Part shown: positions 47,757 through 60,065 of the stretch, one piece after another
How positions within the stretch are numbered: position 1 is the first letter of the stretch
Layout of the letters: each line of letters begins with the position of its first letter
Source: Basidiobolus meristosporus CBS 931.73
Taxonomy: Eukaryota > Fungi > Basidiobolomycota
Reading direction: 5' to 3'
NCBI GenBank assembly: GCA_002104905.1
Contig: MCFE01000329.1
Coordinates: forward strand, 1 to 64,000
Length of the DNA stretch: 64,000 nt
Notes under the pieces: model-generated
Database searches by the model: none
The model's input: the letters and a program-made list of their open reading frames with translations, nothing else
Told to the model about the DNA's origin: nothing
Program-made: the position numbers and the translations under genes

Positions 47757-50700
47757 ATGCTTCAATTCCTTCAGTCTTACCAAAAGCGCACGTCTAGTAA
47801 AAATGCGCCTCATTCGCCAGGAAGCAAACCACCTGTTGCCTCACTCAGAAGAAAAGTCAAGGAAATCAACAAGGCCCCCAATGTTCGTCAGTTGTTTTGC
47901 AGTTTGTACGGCTTCTAGTTTCTAAACCCCTACTTTTATAGGCGAAAATTAAGCATATAATTGGCTTGACCACCAGCCAGAACTCTGCTTTTGCTGTGCA
48001 TCCTTCCCAGGATATCATAGCATATTCGGCGGGTTGTGTAGTGGTACTCTATAATTTTAAGAAAAACAAACAGATACTGTTCTTACAAGCTATTGGTGCG
48101 CCAATTCAACAACCGAATGTTACGGCAGAGACCAACAAAAATGCTTTTGGGGTTTCTATCATCCCCACCACGCCCAAAAATACGTCCCAGACGAAGAAAG
48201 CCTTGGCGAATGCACCCAAGACTATATCTTGTCTAACCTTTTCGCCAGACGGGAACTACTTGGCTGTTGGAGAGGTGATTTATGGCCGACTATATCATAT
48301 GAATAAGGCGTTTCTCACATCTATTAGTCAGGTTACCGACCTCGTGTATTGGTTTGGGATTGGCAGGTGTCAATCATTGTATGTGAATTGTTGGGCCATA
48401 AATTTGGCGTCTCCACTGTATCATTTTCGCCAGACATGAGATATTTAGTCTCTATTGGGTTCCAGGTAAAAGTTCCACATACTTACTACCTCTCATGGCC
48501 TTACTAAATCGATTTTTGTTGCAACTGCACAGCACGATGGATTTCTCTACGCCTGGGATTGGAGAGTGGGTGCGATGCTAGCATCCAACAAAATTACATC
48601 CAAGGTACCTCTGAACATCAATCATTCTGATCCCTTTGAACCAGATGATTAAGTCGACTTGTATCAATTAGATATCAGCATTGGCATTTTCAAAGGGAGG
48701 CTCTTATTGTATAACAGCTGGGCTTCGACACATCAAGTACTGGTATTTTGATACACAAGGAAATAGTAATACTCTGGTAATTATTTTCCATGAGACTTTG
48801 ATGATGTTTGAAAAGACTAATCGCCGTACTAGTCATCAAGAGTGATGATAGGCCGCTCCGGGATACTTTCCACCCTTAGTAATAATACATTCATCGATGT
48901 TGCATGCGGCAAAGATAGTGATGGAAGTGAAGTGATGTATTCGATAACTTCCAGCGGGCTTTTATGCCAATTTAGTGAAGAGAGAGTAGTTCAGAAATGG
49001 ATAAATTTACAAGTAAGTCTTTTGTGGATGCCTTTGGCCAAGTACTTGCATCTGACAGCTCTGGACAGGTTAAGCGAGCATATTCAATATGTGTAGATGA
49101 CAGATATATTGTATGCGGGTGTGAAAATGGAATTATTCGGTACGACTCTGTGGTATAGACGGACCCGGCAATATCCTTAATAATTTCCTGTCAGGTTATT
49201 TGAGCCGGTGACACTAAAGTATCTTGGGACCCTTCCAAGGCCACACCAACTAGATGTCGATGTAACTTCTCCAAGGTAATCTTCAGCTATGTAAAAGGCA
49301 TCTTGTGTGGTATAGCTAACACCCCTTATAGTTACCAGCCTAGCCCTGAAGGCGTATATCCGAACGTAATCGCCGTAAAATTAACTTCGAACAGCGAGAA
49401 AATTGCGTGTATTTACAGCGATCGCAGTATGTTCATATGGGATATCAAAAATTTGGAGCGTGTTGGGAAGTACAGGAGCTTTCTTTACCACACGAATTGT
49501 ATATGGAGCGTCGAGGTAGCAAAGCGTAGCTTTCGGTTTGCATTAATGGCATACTAATACAGTGCTACTTAGACCTACCCTACTGTAACATATCCGGCTG
49601 GCTCACTCGATTCACATATTCCACTCAATAGCTTTGCTACGTGCTCTTCGGATGGCACAATTAGATTCTGGAATTTAGAACATCTCCATTCTTCAGCATC
49701 AGTAACCTCCCCAGTGGTTTCTCCAACTAGCCCAGGTCCAACCGTATCACACCGTGGAAACATATACAGCCGAGAGCTGATGCATATGCTATTCGTAGAC
49801 CAGTATCACCCCGTAATATCAGAAAAATTCGAAGGTACTTTCTACTCTATTGTTTATATGCTGCTTTTCTAACCATTTCCGATCATAGATCCCGGAGAAC
49901 TTGCAAATACCGCTTCAAGAGTAAACAATGCAGTGATTCGTTCCATCAAGATTAGTGCAGATGGCCGATATCTTGCTTCAGGCGACAAAGAGGGTAATTT
50001 GAGGTCAGTTATATGCATTCTTTGGCTTTGGCAGTGCTGGGTGGAAGCGAATGGGCTAAATCGACTTCTATCAGGATTCACGATTTACGCTCTATGGAGC
50101 AAATTGCATATCAAGAAGCCCATAACGGAGATATACTGACAATTGATTTCTCAAATCCAACTACTTCAGGTAATGCTGAATTCAAACGAGCACTGGTCAT
50201 GTTTCAGATACTGAGAATCTTATTTAGGCTTTCCATCAATGGTTGCCACAGCAGGCCGAGATAGGTTGATTCACATCTTCGATGTGAGGAATTCTTTCGT
50301 ACCTATACAGACTTTGGATGATCACTCTGCAGCAATCACCTCGCTTAAGTTCTCGGGTGAAGGAGGAACCCTGGTGAGCTCTAGTGCCGACAAAAGTATT
50401 ATCTTCCGAAAAGTCATGCCGGTAAATTTCTATGGTGTAGGTTCGCATGGAAGACGGCTCACTAACTTTTCTCTCAGAATCTAGAAGCCCCTTATTTTAC
50501 CAGCTATCAGAACCATTGTACCAAAGCCTCTGTATACGATATGGATTTGGATTCCACAAAATCTATCATAGCCTCAGTGACGCAAGACAAGCGGATTCAT
50601 CTGTTTGGTGTAGAGTCCGGAAAAGTAGAGAAATCTCATCGCCCCGAATCGCTTGATGAAAACACTCCGGACACGAACATTCTGAAAATTTCCTTGGATC

Positions 50701-52704
50701 CTTCGGGGTCGTTTGTTGCTACATGCTGCTCTGACAAGAGTATTCGCATCTTTGACGTTTATAATGGCAATTTGGTTGCAAAGCTCTACGGGCATTCTGA
50801 GCAAGTGACTTCCATCAAATTTTCTCAAGACTGTACGAGCCTGATCTCCACCGCAGGTGATGGATGCATTTTTATATGGTCACTGAGCTCTACCATCACC
50901 AAACAGATGCTTAAGACTCGGAAGCTCTTGACTTCTGATGCGGAGTATGGATCCACTAATGCGGAAGGGACTCTACTCCAATGTCCTCCAAAGGGACTAA
51001 CAAAGATCAAGTCAATGGATAATCTGCAGCGTGACCAAGAGGCAGCCAAGATCAAGGATTTGGATATAATCATGGATCCTCGGAGAGGAGGGAGTGTTCC
51101 ACGACGTAAGGTATCCGAAGATAGTGTTGAAAGTAACTCAATTAACTCTAGAACAAATAGTCCTGAGGTAAGTTTCATTAGTTGAATTTGGGTGGCCATT
51201 TAGTGTTAACCTCCATTGTATCAGAGCATCTCTAAACTGGCTCGCAGAATCAATTTTCCTGGAATCAATTATACTCTGGATTCCTCAAATGTTGGCTCAA
51301 CATTTGATCCGGCTAAAGCCCCTTGCCTACAATCGGCGTCACAATCAAGCACGGATGAAGAAGATATAACGCCCACAGATACTTTGGAGTCTTCGGAGGA
51401 TGAAGGATGTGACGAGATGATCTATCTAGAGTCCCCTGATGATAAGTCACCAGCTCCGGTTACATATGAATTCACAATCGAGGAAACCAAGCCGGCCGAT
51501 CTCGAGCACAGCTTAGCTGAGGAAGAAACAGTCGAAGAAAGCCAAATTCCAGAAAATGCGACGGAGTCTGAGGAAGAGGACTCTTTCGAGACTCCGGAGA
51601 AGTTCTTGGAGGAGCTCTTCGATTCCACCCAGGACCCAGACATTTCAAGGCGAGCAAGTCATAGACAAAGCATGAGCGCACGCTTTTTGTCCTCTTCCTC
51701 GACTGTCACGCTGAAAAGTATACTTGCAAACATCCCGGAACAGGACCCTAAAGAAACAAATGTGACAGAAGCTCATTCGAAGCTGTGCGGCTCCCCGGTA
51801 GTATACATATACGTTCAATCCGTTCAGTAAGCGTCCTTACTAAATCATTCTGCCTTTGGTGTAGATTACTGCTTCCCCTGTTACTCCTAAAAAGGAGAGA
51901 CCTTCGAGACATTGGCGTAAGCGTTCTTGCTCGCTGGATTTCCCTATTGACACCTCGGATACTTTCGAAATCATGACTCCACCACGACGCAACAGGACAG
52001 ATCAAGAGCTTGAGCATCCCAGGAGAATTTTAAAAAATACCGGCTTACTAACAGTAAATACTTCCAGACGAGATTACTCTCCGAAGAGTCTTTCGCCAAT
52101 ACCATCACCCCGTATGCGACAAATAACACCAAGAAAAGTAACCACGTCCCAAGAGCCTGGGCGAACAAACAGAGAAGCCAAGGATGTAGACGATAAAGTG
52201 GATTCAACCACCAGGTCTCTTCAAGCACTAAGTAGGATCTTGCATCTACAACGCAGCCTGAGCCAAGCACTTGACACCCATCGACACCTATTCCAATCCT
52301 CTCGTAGTAGCAGTACGGAGGATGACTTGGTCAAGCAAGCCTCTCGGGGATTAGCTAATTTACGACAACAGATCGATACCAATCTTCCAAAACAAGGGGT
52401 AAATTCACCGAAACCACCAAACGCCAAAAATGCGCTAGGTGTTCAAGTAGATGATGGACCCTCAGCCTCAGAAAATCGGAACCGAGCTCAATCCAGGGCG
52501 GATTCGGAGGATTCTGGAGCGATAGAGTCGGAGTCGAACTGGACAGAGAATACGGACCAAGAAGGGAGCCTTAACTCTACCCCCCTGACCCCGGTATATC
52601 CCGGCTTCAATGACGTACTAGAGAAGTATTCAGATTTGCTGGTGAAAATGGTGGAAGAAAAAATGGAGCGCTCCATGTCTGATAAGAAGGCTACAGCGGA
52701 ATGA
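47757..52704 (+). CDS. WDR62/MAPKBP1-like WD40-repeat protein (multi-exon; full exon map not resolved)
   Basis: ATG 47757; exon 1 splices to AKIKHIIGLTTSQNS..IAYSAGCVVVLYN. Internal WD40 exons (SFLYHTNCIWSVE, LASGDKEGNLR, GRDRLIHIFD, QTLDDHSAAIT, SCSDKSI, GHSEQVT..GDGCIFIW). C-terminal VLEKYSDLLVKMVEEKM helix resembles the MAPKBP1/WDR62 dimerisation helix. Confidence 0.88.
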
Positions 52705-53283
52705 TGGCCATTGAAGAGCAAAGTGTATTTTATTGTTACAATTAGATTATGATCCCTAATAAAGTCAACCATCCATCATAATTCACTCGGATTGTTGATT
52801 GTGTACCCAGGGTTGGGAGGTCAATCTAAGAAGCAGACGTCGGAGCTATTACACAACCGACGGAGAGTGCCGTTGTTTAGGTGGATCATCAACAAGACGT
52901 TAGGGATTTTTCCACATGAGTTGTTTGTTTTGGCCATATTTTAACGAATATCAACGATATGACGCTAATATTCGAGGCATCCATCCCCCATCAATCGGAA
53001 GTTATCTTGCCAACAGAAATATGCAAGATTTGTTGATCTCCATGTCTTGTCTAACATTCAGTGGAGAAGCAGCTTAGATCGCATTGTCAAACAAGCTCTT
53101 TTATTGTGGCTTAATATATCTGACCGCTTGGATGACTGCATGCTCTGTGGAGTCAACACATAAAAAGTCCACAGCACCCCGGATTTTTGCCATTGATCAC
53201 CTTTCTTCACTAAATTGTGTTCGTCTCGTTCGGCCTTCGATCTGAGTCTGCTAGAAACCCCCCCCCCCTCAATAGACATTAAC

Positions 53284-54693
53284 ATGGCAAACACCGATAT
53301 TTTAGAACAGTTAGAGCAGCTCAAGTACTTCTTGGCCACAGCCCCCGCCAATTGGAGATCAGAGCAGGCCATCCGGAAATTCATGCTTCCCAATGGCGAA
53401 TATGTTTCCTGCATCCTGTGGAAGAACCTCTTTCATATCACAGGCACCGACATAGTAAGGTGCTTGGTGTTTCGGTTCCAGGCGTTCGGACGCCCTGTCA
53501 AAAACATCAAAAAGTTCGAAGAGGGGATCTTCAGTGATCTTCGTAATTTGAAACCTGGCATCGATGCGACTCTTGAGGAGCCCAGGTCGGAATTCCTGGA
53601 GATGCTCTACAAAAACAACTGCATCCGAACCCAAAAGAAACAAAAAGTCTTCTATTGGTATTCGGTGCCACATGATCGACTCTTCATGGATGCCCTCGAG
53701 AGAGACCTGAAGCGGGAAGCCTTGGGTGCTGAGCCAACCACGGTCCCGCTGAATTCTCAACAATCGAATCCTTATCCCTTGGTAGCCTCTTCCCCATCAT
53801 CGTTCCATTACTCTGCTCTGAGCGTGGACCCCGAGTCGGTGAGCAACCCCGAGCTTGCAAACAGCTCTTTTGCTGGTCAGGTTCCGAGGACCTGTGGGGA
53901 GTTTGTGCAGGAAACATCTACTGAGCAAGATCTCCTGAATGCGATAGATCAGTCCATGGATAGCTGGATATCCTCAGGCACCTGCACCAACTCGTCACTT
54001 GTCAACCAGGTAGACCCCTCAGGTGAGTTTGAGCCATCGAGCACCAGTACCATTGGCTATCCCGCCAAGCAATACACCCCTGATACTCCAAGTTCGTTGA
54101 GCCAAAGCAGCAATTTCTTTCCTACGCCTGAGCCATCCTTCACAAGATACAATGACGAGGAGCATGCCAAGTCCGATTTGGAAAGAGAGGATTTGCTACT
54201 GAGTGCAGCCTTTTCCAGCCACGAGTTTCCGCTCAGCCATTCAGATCTCCAGTTCCCGGTGGATGTCTTTCCCACGCTTCCCATGAACCCAGTCTTCAAC
54301 ATGCTCCATGGGCTTGAGGGATCCCCCAGCTATAAGCAGCGCAGAAAGAACATGATCTTAAATCAAGGAGCCTGGGGAAGCCCGTATCCCAACCCTTACA
54401 TGAGTCTGAATTCGGCAGACTTGAGGAAAGAAGCAAGGTCCCCTCATTCAAGGTCAGAACTCTACTCCAGGAAACTCAGAGGCTATGACCAAAGATACGC
54501 CAGCAACTTCGCCGATACCAAGCCATTCGTATGCCCGATGGAGAACTGCAACCAAGGCTTCTCACAGTTGGACCAATTTCATCAGCACCTACGGACACAC
54601 ACTGATGAGACATTCACTGTCACCTCCCCAGCATCGAATATACTCCTGAATGAGCTGGATTTGGGCGACTCGACCTCGCCTCTACTATTGTAA
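53284..54693 (+). CDS. STE12: STE12-like transcription factor with one C2H2 finger
   Basis: STE domain LKYFLATAPANW..ITGTDIVR..KFEEGIFSDLRNLKPG..IRTQKKQKVFYWYSVPHDRLFMDALERDLKRE, plus KPFVCPMENCNQGFSQLDQFHQHLRTH. Confidence 0.95.
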   Translation: MANTDILEQLEQLKYFLATAPANWRSEQAIRKFMLPNGEYVSCILWKNLFHITGTDIVRCLVFRFQAFGRPVKNIKKFEEGIFSDLRNLKPGIDATLEEPRSEFLEMLYKNNCIRTQKKQKVFYWYSVPHDRLFMDALERDLKREALGAEPTTVPLNSQQSNPYPLVASSPSSFHYSALSVDPESVSNPELANSSFAGQVPRTCGEFVQETSTEQDLLNAIDQSMDSWISSGTCTNSSLVNQVDPSGEFEPSSTSTIGYPAKQYTPDTPSSLSQSSNFFPTPEPSFTRYNDEEHAKSDLEREDLLLSAAFSSHEFPLSHSDLQFPVDVFPTLPMNPVFNMLHGLEGSPSYKQRRKNMILNQGAWGSPYPNPYMSLNSADLRKEARSPHSRSELYSRKLRGYDQRYASNFADTKPFVCPMENCNQGFSQLDQFHQHLRTHTDETFTVTSPASNILLNELDLGDSTSPLLL

Positions 54694-54844
54694 TCCACCT
54701 CACACACCATCCCGCCCTTTTTGATGTATATACCGTTTAGATAGTCTAGGTTTGATTGATTCATTCATGCTAGTAGAGTAGTTAATTTACCTGAATAAAT
54801 TGCTTAATTATGAGAAAATTCCCATCCACTGCCTTTCTCTGCGA

Positions 54845-55964
54845 ATGTCACTCAACTCCCTAAAAATCGTACCTGAGGAAGAGTATGCCAAACTGCTCTC
54901 CGACTTGGACTTGCCACTGGAGCCCAAGCCCATCCAGACCTTGTTCCCCGAACCCTCCCCTTCCGCCGAAACGGTTCCCTTGCGAGTCGAACCGCAGCCC
55001 GGCTTTATTGTAAGAACGGTCACCTCTTCGAAGAGTAGGGCGTTCCCCTTGAACCATTCTATCTTCATCAACGTTTGCCACTCCCCCGAATTCCCCAAGC
55101 CCCCCGCGGTCACCGAAGAAGAGATCCAAAAGGCGCTGAACGCCGATGCCACCACGAAATATCAGATCCCCTTGAGCCTTACGGAACCAAGAGTCGACAC
55201 CGATGGTGAATACTTCACTCATTTATTTTCGAACCACTTGTGGAAGACAATGGGATTCTTATTAAATATGTATCGCCCTTCTGATAGATGGAAAATCTTG
55301 CTTGGTTTTTGACGCGTGTATCCACAGTGAGCCTTATCAAAGGGCCTGCCAAGATTTTGATTTTCGACTGTATGTGATAGAGTTGGCCATAGAGTGGGTG
55401 GAAGAGAAGAACCAACTCACGTTGAGACGAGGTAGGTCCCTCTCGAACTGAAACCCGGCTGGGGCTTATCTATTCACACTCCCCGCTTCAAACAGAATTC
55501 ACTCTTCCTCCTGGTGGCTCCAAGGGTCAACTAGCCCCTCACACCATCCCGGTATTAAAAGAAGCCCCAATCACAGAATTCGACTCGGCTCGCCAGCAGA
55601 CGACGAAAAAGCCCCAACCTGCCCCGAAGGCTGGGTCGATCCGAGTGCCGGAGTATCGGCTTCAGGAGCTCCCTGGTTTGTCCGGCCCTTCGAAGCAACT
55701 TCACCTCTCCGTTATGCTCCCCGACTTGGTAGACTCCCCTTCACCGTGCACGCCATAACCCCTCACTAACGTCCCTCCCTGCAGGTCAATACGAAAACCA
55801 CGACCCTGGACATTGAGCCTGAACAGCTGATCTTAGACACGCCAAACATGTACCATTTGGAGGTTCCCTTCCCTTACACTATAGACATCACACAGGGCAG
55901 AGCGTTGTTTAGCAGAAATAGCAAAGTGCTAAAAGTCATGTTGCATAGGCTGGAACAGGAATGA
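54845..55964 (+). CDS. PIH1-family protein (PIH1 N domain plus CS-like domain, spliced)
   Basis: PQPGFIVRT..FINVCHS..P.P..YQIPLSL..PR.D.D, spliced to DGKSCLVFD..ELAIEWVEE. Last exon LDIEPEQLIL..YHLEVPFPY..A.FSRNSKVLKV. Confidence 0.85.
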
Positions 55965-56225
55965 AAAAGACCATCCACTCTCCACTCTCCACTCTCCACT
56001 CCCCCACTTGCCAATAAATCCACTCGGCCAACGAAAAGATGAACAAATTAAACAACACCTTAAACCAGATCCGGACCGGGTGGCACGGTCGATCTGGGAT
56101 GCGAGGGGAAATCACTTTTTTTTTCCACAAAATTTCTTTACTTGATTTTTTTCCCAGTAGATATCGGCCAACCCAGCGGTACCATACTGCTATTCTTCTC
56201 CGAAGCTTGCCAACACCCACCCACT

Positions 56226-57823
56226 ATGTCCAAAAGAGAAGCCCCGGATTTCGAGGAACCCGAGAACAAGACCTCCATCTTGGAGAACGGCAAGGCCGCC
56301 ATCAAGGGCGAGAACGGAGACGTCGAGATGGGCGAGTTCGAGGATAACTGGGAAGACGAGATAGAGTCGGAGGAAGATGTGATCGATGGAGAGGAACAAG
56401 AAGGTATTTGAGGTTCTGTTGCTTGTATCGGGGGCGAAAGGTTTCGTGGCTCGGTGTGCTAAACGTCCCCCTTTCTCACCAAGGTATGGAGGTTGACGAG
56501 GAGGAGGAGGAGGAAAAGGAGCCCGAGGTTCAGGTCTACCTGCCCGGTCAAACCATGGAGAAGGACGAGGTTCTTGAGGTCGACAACTCCGCCTACCACA
56601 TGCTCCACACGATGACGGTCAAATGGCCTTGCCTGAGTTTCGACATCTTGCACGACAACCTTGGCGAGAACAGAAACACCGTAAGTCTTGATTCTTCTCT
56701 CCCGGCGTACGCGTAACGGACGTCTAACGAACGAATTCTTTCCCCACCTGTCTAGTACCCTGCCACTTCCTACCTCGTCACTGGCACCCAGGCGGACCGG
56801 GCCAAGAACAACGAGTTGATCGTGATGAAGATGTCCCAGCTCTGCAAAACCATCCACGACAACGATGACTCGGACGCTGAGGACTCGGACGACGATGTTG
56901 ACGATGACCCGATTCTCGAGACCAAGAGCGTCAAGCACGTTGGCGGCGTCAACCGAGTCAGAGCCATGCCGCAACCCGGAAACCAGATCGTTGCCACCTG
57001 GGCTGAGACTGGTAAGGTGCATATCTGGGATGTAGCCCCATTGGTCAACGCCTTGGATTCTCCGGGAGCCACCATTCCTCAGCACGCCATGCAGCCCATC
57101 TACACCGTTGGCAGTCATTCAGTGGAGGGATTCGCCATGGACTGGTCGGAAACGGTCACCGGCAGACTCCTCACCGGTGACTTCAACAAGAACATCTACC
57201 TCACCAACCCAGCCGAGAGCACCTTCCTCCCCGACATGGTTCCGTTCCACGGACACACCTCCTCCATCGAGGATATCCAGTGGTCGCCCAACCAGAAGAG
57301 CGTGTTTGCCAGTTGCTCCGCCGATCAGACCGTGCGCATCTGGGATGTCAAGAACAAGAAGAAGGATGTCTTCTCCATCAAGGCCCACGACGCCGACGTC
57401 AACGTCATCTCCTGGAACAGAAAGGTCAACTACCTCCTGGCGTCCGGCTCGGACGACGGCGTATTCAGCATCTGGGACATGCGTACCTTCTCCAACCAAA
57501 CCACCCCCACCCCTGTGGCCACCTTCAAGTGGCATTCCGCCCCCATTACATCGATCGAATGGCATCCTCACGAGGAGTCGGTGCTCGGCGTAGCCGGAGC
57601 CGACGACCAAGTGACCATCTGGGACTTGTCTGTCGAGCAGGATGCCGAAGAAGAGGGAGGAGTGATCATGCAAGAGAACGGCATGCAAGTGCCACCCCAA
57701 CTTCTGTTCATCCACCAAGGACAGAACGACATCAAGGAGATCCATTGGCACAAGCAAATCCCCGGCTGCATGGTGAGCACCGCCGGGTCCGGATTCAACA
57801 TCTTCAAGACCATCTCCGTGTAG
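56226..57823 (+). CDS. RRB1: Ribosome assembly protein RRB1/GRWD1 (exons 56226-56403, 56484-56680, 56756-57823)
   Basis: FEDNWEDE; AYHMLH..WPCLSFD; YP..YLVTGTQA; GFAMDWS; GHTSSIEDIQWSP; AHDADVNVISWN; PPQLLFIHQGQ..KEIHWH.QIPG..STA.SGFNIFKTISV. Confidence 0.95.
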
Positions 57824-58148
57824 AACGCCCTCCCCCAAGCATTTGTTTCCATTAGTCCAACTACCTTAGAGGAAACAGATCCCATCTTGTCACCCAATCT
57901 TCCTGCGCTTATTATAAGAATAATTCGAGATTAATATCAGCGATCGATTTTGAATTGCTGGTTGTTCATGGCTCTTCCTTGTGAGTTAACTATAAATAAA
58001 CCCCCCAATATGCACCGAGCCCCCGCGAGCGGCTATTTCCCCTCGTCGACCAATCGACCGCCATCCCCTATATTACCCCGGCTCGCCCGGTGCCCAGAAA
58101 TAACCACCGGATCGGCGAGCGGTGGATATAATTACAACGGACGCTGGG

Positions 58149-58155
58149 TATAAAT
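58149..58155 (+). promoter_or_regulatory. Probable TATA box
   Basis: TATAAAT about 45 bp upstream of the ATG at 58196. Confidence 0.4.
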
Positions 58156-58195
58156 CCCCGTCGGGGCCGTTGTGCTGCCAAGGAATTAGTCTAAC

Positions 58196-58912
58196 ATGCG
58201 TCTCTTTAGCTTTTATACCACGCTGCTGGCCCTGTCGGTCTCGGTGAGATGCCAGTCGGTATCCAGCGATATCGTCCCGGCCACCACCCTCGTGAATGTG
58301 GTTAGTGGGTCGACGGTGTCGCTCGTTCTGCCCGGGGAAACCATCCTCGTGACCATGAGTCAGTTGTCGATGAGCACTAGCGCACCGCCTACTAGCGCCG
58401 CCTCCATTAGCCCGTCCAGTACAAGCCAAGCCACCTCCACTGCCACCACCAGTAGTACAAGCTCGTCTACGAGCTCCTCTGCAAGCTCCTCATCCTCACC
58501 AACGTCCACCATGGGCGTCAGTAGCACCGGCGGATCGGCCGCCACTTCCCCCGCCAAGTGTATCCCGGTCACCAAAACCTACGAGAAGTGTCCGCCACCG
58601 ACCCCGACTCACGACGATTGCGACGACGACGACAACGACCACGACGAGGATGATGATGACTGCGACGACGATGGGGATGATGGTGATGATGACGGCGATG
58701 ATTGTGACGACGACGACGACGATGGTGACAATGGTGACGATGGTGACGGTGATGACTGTGACGATCAGCCAGGGAAGGAGTGCACCCATGGAACGTATAT
58801 TTGTGACGGCAATGATTTAAGACAGTGTGTCAATGGATACTGGAAATACAAAAAATGTAGCCACGACACGTGTTGTCAGAGTATTAGTGACCGTCGAGTG
58901 ATTTGTGCGTAA
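58196..58912 (+). CDS. Secreted Ser/Thr- and Asp-rich protein with a C-terminal CBM19-like cysteine domain
   Basis: Signal peptide MRLFSFYTTLLALSVSVRC; S/T linker; D-rich tract; CTHGTYICDGNDLRQCVNGYWKYKKCSHDTCC. Confidence 0.75.
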   Translation: MRLFSFYTTLLALSVSVRCQSVSSDIVPATTLVNVVSGSTVSLVLPGETILVTMSQLSMSTSAPPTSAASISPSSTSQATSTATTSSTSSSTSSSASSSSSPTSTMGVSSTGGSAATSPAKCIPVTKTYEKCPPPTPTHDDCDDDDNDHDEDDDDCDDDGDDGDDDGDDCDDDDDDGDNGDDGDGDDCDDQPGKECTHGTYICDGNDLRQCVNGYWKYKKCSHDTCCQSISDRRVICA

Positions 58913-59204
58913 TATGAAGTGAAATAAAACCGAGCGATTTCCACAGAACATCCACCCCACCAGATTCTCTGCACCGCCCACGGCAACGTGCGTCACTCGC
59001 GCCAGGCCAAATGATGGCTGCCCTGTCGGATTGGCTCGCGCCGGGGCGATTGGCATACCACCGCAGGTAGAAATCCATGATTGATCTCGACCTATATTAT
59101 GGGCGATTTTTTGGTGGCGAGGGTGGGGAATCCGGAAATTTTCTTCGCTCTGGCCAGATTGTTGTTCGACGTACTTCTCACCAAGGTTCGAAGACAAGTG
59201 TAAG

Positions 59205-60065
59205 ATGCAGTTCGCCAGATTCACCCCACTAGTACGAAATGTCGCCGCTCGTGTAAGTCCCCCGGAATACCCCCCCGGTTTCCGCCTCCTAGGACGCTCC
59301 CGGGATGTACGAAACCTGAGCTAACTCCACTTTATTACAGGCGCCCCTCCGCGCCAGTCTCAGACAGATGAGTAAGCTGATCTCCACCCGATTGTAAACT
59401 AGAAGCCCTCGTGTTTGGTCGCGATTTAACCGAGGTATTCCCCCAACTTAGGTCAACTTCCCTCGCTCAACAAAGTGATCTTGATGGGCCAGGCATCCTA
59501 CCCCAAGATCAGAGACCTGCCAAGCGGTGGTCGTGTAGTGGATTTCATGCTTTCCACCACCCACCCCTCCAACAACGAAGGTATCCCCCACCACCTGGTC
59601 TATTACGAACACCCGCTCGAGCAAACGCCAACCCACCCGTTCTTTTTATTTAGAAAAGACAACCGTGCGCTACCACAAGGTCAAGTCCTACAACAGCGCC
59701 GTCGCCGACATGGTGAACGAGCGCCTAGGAGACAGGTGAGTCGTATCTCCTCTCGACATATCGGGCCCGGTCCAGTGTCCAGGATACCGGTTGCTCACCA
59801 AACTGTTTCTTAGCCAACACACTACGGTCTACGTTGAAGGATCCTTGGCTACCAGGCGCTATGTAGACAGAAATGGGGAAACCCGTTACGACACCTTTGT
59901 TTACGGAGGTAATTAATCGCATTGGCTGAACCCCTCCCCTCTCCTAGGATCCTAATATTAAGTTGACCGATTTTAGACAAGGTGGTGTTCTTACCACTTA
60001 AAGATTCTGAATCCCATGAGCCCGCTCCTCAGCATGGGGAGGAGCCTACCCCCGAAGGCTGGTAA
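59205..60065 (+). CDS. RIM1: Mitochondrial single-stranded DNA-binding protein, six exons (59205-59252, 59341-59371, 59452-59580, 59654-59735, 59814-59908, 59977-60065)
   Basis: GT-AG splicing gives 157 aa: presequence MQFARFTPLVRNVAARAPLRASLRQMS, then OB-fold LNKVILMG..VVDFMLST..YHKV..VYVEGSLATRRYVDRNGETRY. Confidence 0.85.

Noticed and set aside
53284-54693. Mating-type locus around STE12
   Set aside because: No HMG-box, homeodomain, pheromone or receptor gene was found in the window.
55970-56005. (CTCCACT)n short tandem repeat
   Set aside because: Ordinary simple repeat in a 3' UTR/promoter interval.
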